Source of the DNA: Deltaproteobacteria bacterium
GTDB taxonomy: Bacteria; Myxococcota_A; UBA9160; SMWR01
Direction: 5' to 3'
Assembly (NCBI GenBank): GCA_032128115.1
Contig: JAQBHB010000090.1
Span: forward strand, 32,001 to 96,000
DNA length: 64,000 nt
The notes under the pieces: generated by a model
Database searches by the model: none
Seen by the model: only the letters and a program-made list of their open reading frames with translations
Told to the model about the DNA's origin: nothing
Program-made: the position numbers and the translations under genes
Shown here: positions 59,890 to 64,000 of the stretch, piece by piece
How the letters are laid out: the number at the start of each line of letters is the position of its first letter
Numbering within the stretch: the stretch's first letter is position 1

Positions 59890-60408
59890 CTACGCGCGTT
59901 CGATGTCAAGCACTTCGTGCCAGCGTTCGGTCTCGGTGTGTTGGCGCACCACGTGACGCCGATCGAAGCGGCGAGGAATGCGCTCGTGACGTCGCAGCAC
60001 GAGCCAGGCATCCGTCACCTCGCGCACGTCGAGCACGTCCTCGATGGTTTCCACGCCGTGCTCCGTCCAGACCTGGAAGCGCATGCGCATGCGGGGACGC
60101 ACCTCGATTCGCACGGCCTGTCCCACAGCACGCTCGAGCAGGGCGGCCGCCTCCTGCTCGCGGCCCACCAGGTGCAGTGGGGCGCCGGGCGACGCAATCC
60201 GGGCCGCGCGCAGCAGGCGCAGCACCTTGCCCAGGCCCGAGACGGCCGGGATCGTGAGGGAGGGGCCCAGGTCGGCGAAGTCGTCCACGTGCGACACGCC
60301 CAGTCGCGCGGTCCGGGGTTGAAAGCCGAGCATCACCCCCACCCGTTCGGCGGCGCGGACGGCTGCAACGTCGCTGAATCGGGCGAGCACCCAGGTGCGG
60401 GGGGGCAT
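59890..60408 (-). CDS. Hypothetical protein
   Basis: Coding-like codon usage; TATCAT hexamer 7 nt before the ATG at 60408; no recognised motif. Confidence 0.65.
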   Translation of the reverse strand: MPPRTWVLARFSDVAAVRAAERVGVMLGFQPRTARLGVSHVDDFADLGPSLTIPAVSGLGKVLRLLRAARIASPGAPLHLVGREQEAAALLERAVGQAVRIEVRPRMRMRFQVWTEHGVETIEDVLDVREVTDAWLVLRRHERIPRRFDRRHVVRQHTETERWHEVLDIERA

Positions 60409-60526
60409 CTGTGTCATGATAGCGATCGCCCCGTGTCCCTCAGCCGCAAAACGCGGAACGAGGCTGGACGCGGCGCATCTACCATCGGGGGGCCCGGTCG
60501 GCCGACCACGTGCCCTGGAGGGACGC

Positions 60527-62083
60527 ATGCTCTCGAAACCCCGCTATGCCGCTCTGACCTGTCTCGCCTTCGCCCTGATCACTGGATTCGGGATCAGCGG
60601 TCACTACCTCTACAAGGCCCCCATCGGCCTGGATGGCTCGGCCTTCCTGTTCGGTAGTGCCATCGACCGCGTGGTGCGGATGTTCCTGCCCGATGCTCCC
60701 GGGGCGATGGTCGGGGTCGTGTGGCTCGTGATCTCGCTGCTGGCCATCACGACCTTTTCCGTCCTGCTGTTCCGGCGCCTGACCCGCGAGCGGGCGACGG
60801 CCTCCAATGCCAGCCGCCGCCGCTTCCTGCTGGGGGCCAGCGCCGTGGGCTTCGGATCGCTCGTGGCCGGCGTGGTCGCAGCGCTCGGGCGCGGACTCTT
60901 TGGTATCGGCGAGGGGGGACGCGGCTGGGCGGGCATCAACGACAGCATCCAGGCCGACGTGGTGAAGACCCATCCCGAGTGGAAGGACGCCTGGAAGGGC
61001 AGCCAGGTCAGCGCCTACCGGCGTCTGGGGCGCACGAACTTCGAAGTCTCGGACATCGTGCTGGGTACCGGGAGGATCCGGGGCGAGGACGGTGAGAAGA
61101 TCGCGCGGCTCGCCATCGACCGGGGCATCAACTACTTCGACACGTCGCCGGACTACTCGGGTTCGGGTAGCGAGCAGGCCATGGGCCGCGCCATCCGGGG
61201 TGTTCGCGACAAGCTCTTCATCGCCACCAAGTTCTGCACGCCCGAGGGCCACCTGCCGCCCGGGACCCCGGTGGAGAAATACAAGGCCGCGGTCGAGGGG
61301 AGCCTGCAGCGCCTGGGCACCGACTACGTGGATCTCTGTCACATCCACTCCTGCGACGAGGTGGACCGGCTGCTCGATCCCAATGTGCATGAGGCCTTCG
61401 ACCGGATGAAGCAGGAGGGCAAGGTGCGCTTCATGGGCTTCAGCACCCACACGCCCAAGCTCATCGACGTTGCCAACGCCGGTATCGACGACGGGCGCTT
61501 CGATGTGATGATGCTTGCCTACCACTTCGGCCAGTGGCAGCCGCTTGGCGAGATCATCCACCGCGGTCGTACGGAGCAGGACATGGGCGTGGTGGCCATG
61601 AAGACGCTCAAGGGGGCCAAGCACCATGGGCTCGAGGGGTTCCAGGAGCAGGCCGACGCCTTTTCCCAGGCTGCCCTCAAGTGGACGCTCTCGAACCCGG
61701 ACGTGTCCTGTGCCGTGATCTCGTTCTTCGAGCTCCAGCACGTGGACGAGTACCTGTACGCCTCGGGCAAGGCGTTGAAACCGGCGGACGTGGCGATCGT
61801 CACGGAATACGACCGCCAGATCCGCGGTACCTACTGCGAGCCCACCTGTGGTGTCTGTCTCGACTCGTGTCCGGAACAGCTTCGCGTGGACGACGTACTG
61901 CGGCACCGCATGTACTTCGAGGACTACGGCTGGGAGAAGGACGCCATGCGCCAGTACTCGAAGCTTTCGAAGAACGCCTCGGTGTGTCTATCGTGCAGCG
62001 CACCCTGCGCGGGCACGTGTCCGTCCGGGATCGACATCCAGGCGCGAACGGTGGGCGCCCACGAACTGCTGACCATGTCGTGA
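60527..62083 (+). CDS. Membrane-anchored aldo/keto reductase with C-terminal 4Fe-4S dicluster
   Basis: YRRLGRT, GINYFDTSPDY, IATKF, SLQRLGTDYVDL..IH; CEPTCGVCLDSCP and CLSCSAPCAGTCP; GGAGG RBS. Confidence 0.9.
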   Translation: MLSKPRYAALTCLAFALITGFGISGHYLYKAPIGLDGSAFLFGSAIDRVVRMFLPDAPGAMVGVVWLVISLLAITTFSVLLFRRLTRERATASNASRRRFLLGASAVGFGSLVAGVVAALGRGLFGIGEGGRGWAGINDSIQADVVKTHPEWKDAWKGSQVSAYRRLGRTNFEVSDIVLGTGRIRGEDGEKIARLAIDRGINYFDTSPDYSGSGSEQAMGRAIRGVRDKLFIATKFCTPEGHLPPGTPVEKYKAAVEGSLQRLGTDYVDLCHIHSCDEVDRLLDPNVHEAFDRMKQEGKVRFMGFSTHTPKLIDVANAGIDDGRFDVMMLAYHFGQWQPLGEIIHRGRTEQDMGVVAMKTLKGAKHHGLEGFQEQADAFSQAALKWTLSNPDVSCAVISFFELQHVDEYLYASGKALKPADVAIVTEYDRQIRGTYCEPTCGVCLDSCPEQLRVDDVLRHRMYFEDYGWEKDAMRQYSKLSKNASVCLSCSAPCAGTCPSGIDIQARTVGAHELLTMS

Positions 62084-62098
62084 GCCGGCGGCGTGCCA

Positions 62099-62115
62099 CT
62101 CCCGTCGAACGGGAG
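62099..62115. terminator. Hairpin between convergent genes
   Basis: CTCCCGT-CGA-ACGGGAG, no U-tract. Confidence 0.4.
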
Positions 62116-62125
62116 GCGGCGCGCG

Positions 62126-63520
62126 TCAGTCGTCTTTGCCGTGGATGGCGCGCACGAAGGCGCCGTGGAGCGCGGCGCGGATGCGCTCGCGAGACGCACC
62201 TCCGTACAGCTTCCGAAACGCTTTCAGGGGGATGATCCCCTTGGCCATGGAGCGATGCCCGCCGCCCACGCCCAGGCCTTCCACGACGGCACGCACCACA
62301 TCGCCTGCGGCGCGTACGTAGCCAACGTTTCGCACCGAGAACACCAGGTCGCTTCCCACGGTGCCCGCCGCGATGGCCCACTCGGCACCCTCCGCCTGCA
62401 GGGCCAGGTCGGCCACCTGGGGGATCACGTCCTCGCGCACCCGACCGAGCACCAGCAGGTGGATGCCTTCGCTCACCGTCGTGTTCACCAGACCCCGGCC
62501 GAGCGCACGCAGGCCCTCGGCGGGGAGTGCCGGTCGCTCGATGCGCCGCAGCAGGGCCGGGCTGTGGTGGCTGTGAAGGAAGGCGAAGGCCGCCATGTCC
62601 GCGGGGCTGGTCTCGCGTCCCAACAGCTGGGTGTCGGTCTTGATGCCGTACACCAGCGCCGTGGCCAGGCGGGGCCGCAATTCCATGCCCGAAGCGCGGA
62701 TGTACTCGGTGAAGATCGAGGCGGTGGCGCCGTACCCGGGTCGGATGTCCCGGATCACGGCGTCGTAGCCCGAGCGGATCGGGTGGTGATCGATCACCAC
62801 GTCCACGGAGCGCACCCGGGCCGGGGGATTCTCCCCGAACACCGTGGGCTGCACGTCCACCAGCGCCAGGCCGTCGAACTCGTCCAGCTCTTCCGGTGCG
62901 ACGGTCCGGATCTCGAGCGCCAGAGCCTCGACCATGGCCTGGTTCTCCGGGCGCTGGACCCCGCCGAACGAGATCAGGGGGGCGGTTGGCGACTTGCGCC
63001 CGAGCAGGGCGCGCAGGGCGTAGCCGCAGGCGATGCCGTCCGGGTCCGGGTCGGGCTGCAGCAGGATGCCCAGCTTCTCCCGTGGCCCCACCAGGGTGCG
63101 CAGGTCCACCACCCGGCGCAGGTTCGCCAGGTGGGTGAACTCCTCGTCGATGTCATCGCGGATCAGCGAGCGCAACCCGGCCCGGTGTAGGCAGGGGTGT
63201 TCGGGCAGGTCCCCGTCCGCGATCCCATCCGTCAGGACCAGCACGGGGGCCTCGGGGGCGACGTCGATGATGGCTGCGGCGGCGGCCCGGGCGAAGCTGG
63301 CCTCCTCGGTCACCAGTGCGAACTCGTCGCCCAGCTTGGGATCGAGCTTCGCTATGGCCTCGGGGGTGAGTCCGCCCTGGAGGCTGTGGAAGCCAGCCGG
63401 GCGAGCGCGCGGCTCGTCGTCGCGCGGGATCCACGTGAGGACCTCTTTCTCTCCGGTGCCGATCCGGCCCCAGAGGCGAGCCAGTTCTGCCCCATCGCAG
63501 AGAATGATGCGGCGTGTCAC
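62126..63520 (-). CDS. DHH/DHHA1 family phosphoesterase with N-terminal extra domain
   Basis: DPDPDG, RPEN, LVD, VIDHH, YGATASI, GIKTDT, GGGHRSMA.G. Confidence 0.9.
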   Translation of the reverse strand: MTRRIILCDGAELARLWGRIGTGEKEVLTWIPRDDEPRARPAGFHSLQGGLTPEAIAKLDPKLGDEFALVTEEASFARAAAAAIIDVAPEAPVLVLTDGIADGDLPEHPCLHRAGLRSLIRDDIDEEFTHLANLRRVVDLRTLVGPREKLGILLQPDPDPDGIACGYALRALLGRKSPTAPLISFGGVQRPENQAMVEALALEIRTVAPEELDEFDGLALVDVQPTVFGENPPARVRSVDVVIDHHPIRSGYDAVIRDIRPGYGATASIFTEYIRASGMELRPRLATALVYGIKTDTQLLGRETSPADMAAFAFLHSHHSPALLRRIERPALPAEGLRALGRGLVNTTVSEGIHLLVLGRVREDVIPQVADLALQAEGAEWAIAAGTVGSDLVFSVRNVGYVRAAGDVVRAVVEGLGVGGGHRSMAKGIIPLKAFRKLYGGASRERIRAALHGAFVRAIHGKDD

Positions 63521-63655
63521 GAGACCCCCGTGCCGGATCGAGCCCGCGAGTCTAGCCTCATCGGCACTCCCGAGAGTTTGCGATAGGGGGAGGTGTTCCC
63601 CCTGGGGGGCAATGGAAGACTAATCCGGCGCGAAATCGCGCCCGAAAGGAGGAGG

Positions 63656-64000
63656 GTGCAGCCGATCTTCGTGGGTGACGTCCAGGGCTGCGCCGACGAG
63701 CTGGACCATCTCGTCGATCGGGCTCGGGGCGAATTCGGCGACCGCTTCGAACTGTGGCTGGTCGGCGACCTGATCAACCGGGGCCCGGGCAACCTGCGGG
63801 CGCTGCGTCGGGTTCGCGATCTGGTGGAAGAACGGGGCGCCCGCTACGTGCTGGGCAACCACGAGGTCGCGCTCCTGCGCACCGCGGCCGGCCTCCGGAG
63901 CCTCGGCCCCCGCGACACCCTGGGCGACGTTCTTTCCGCTCCGGATGCCGACGAATGGATCGAATGGATCCGCAGGCGCCCCCTGGCGGTGGTCGGAGCC
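63656..64000 (+). CDS. apaH: Symmetrical Ap4A hydrolase-like metallophosphoesterase, partial
   Basis: Not in the ORF track. Manual translation: MQPIFVGDVQGCADEL...LWLVGDLINRGP...VLGNHE; AGGAGG RBS. Confidence 0.85.
   Translation, partial: MQPIFVGDVQGCADELDHLVDRARGEFGDRFELWLVGDLINRGPGNLRALRRVRDLVEERGARYVLGNHEVALLRTAAGLRSLGPRDTLGDVLSAPDADEWIEWIRRRPLAVVGA

Overview
Very GC-rich bacterial chromosomal DNA from a diderm organism. MlaA/MlaC, PEP-CTERM and DUF6178 genes suggest Myxococcota or a related deltaproteobacterial lineage; this is an inference, not a search result. No rRNA, tRNA or CRISPR array was seen. From left to right: (1) a partial amidohydrolase; an mrpABCDEFG Na+/H+ antiporter operon running directly into fhs; and a catabolic cluster (CoA-transferase, dehydrogenase, esterase, GH3, two P450s, a sulfatase-fold lipoprotein). 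(2) An accessory, rearranged segment (~21.7-36 kb). It holds a DUF1611-like/iaaA pair, an apparently 5'-truncated hydrolase, and a tightly linked three-gene signalling/conflict cassette (TIR protein; membrane-anchored nSTAND1-WD40 NLR-like receptor; RyR-TPR-SLOG-class III cyclase). It also holds a mosaic of gene relics (PEP-CTERM tail, IS3 end, cadherin repeat) and a sigma54-driven PEP-CTERM gene with a terminator in its leader. (3) Core-like genes, including a standalone histone-fold gene with a Lys-rich N-terminal tail, an SPT-like enzyme, aconitase, queuosine salvage, a PheC-chorismate mutase fusion, nadE, an Fe-S aldo-keto reductase with an internal Tat motif, a DHH phosphoesterase and apaH (partial). 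Many genes look leaderless (TAnnnT 6-8 nt before the start codon). The best candidates for novelty are the TIR/NLR/cyclase cassette and the tailed bacterial histone. All family calls come from motif recognition by eye; no searches were run.
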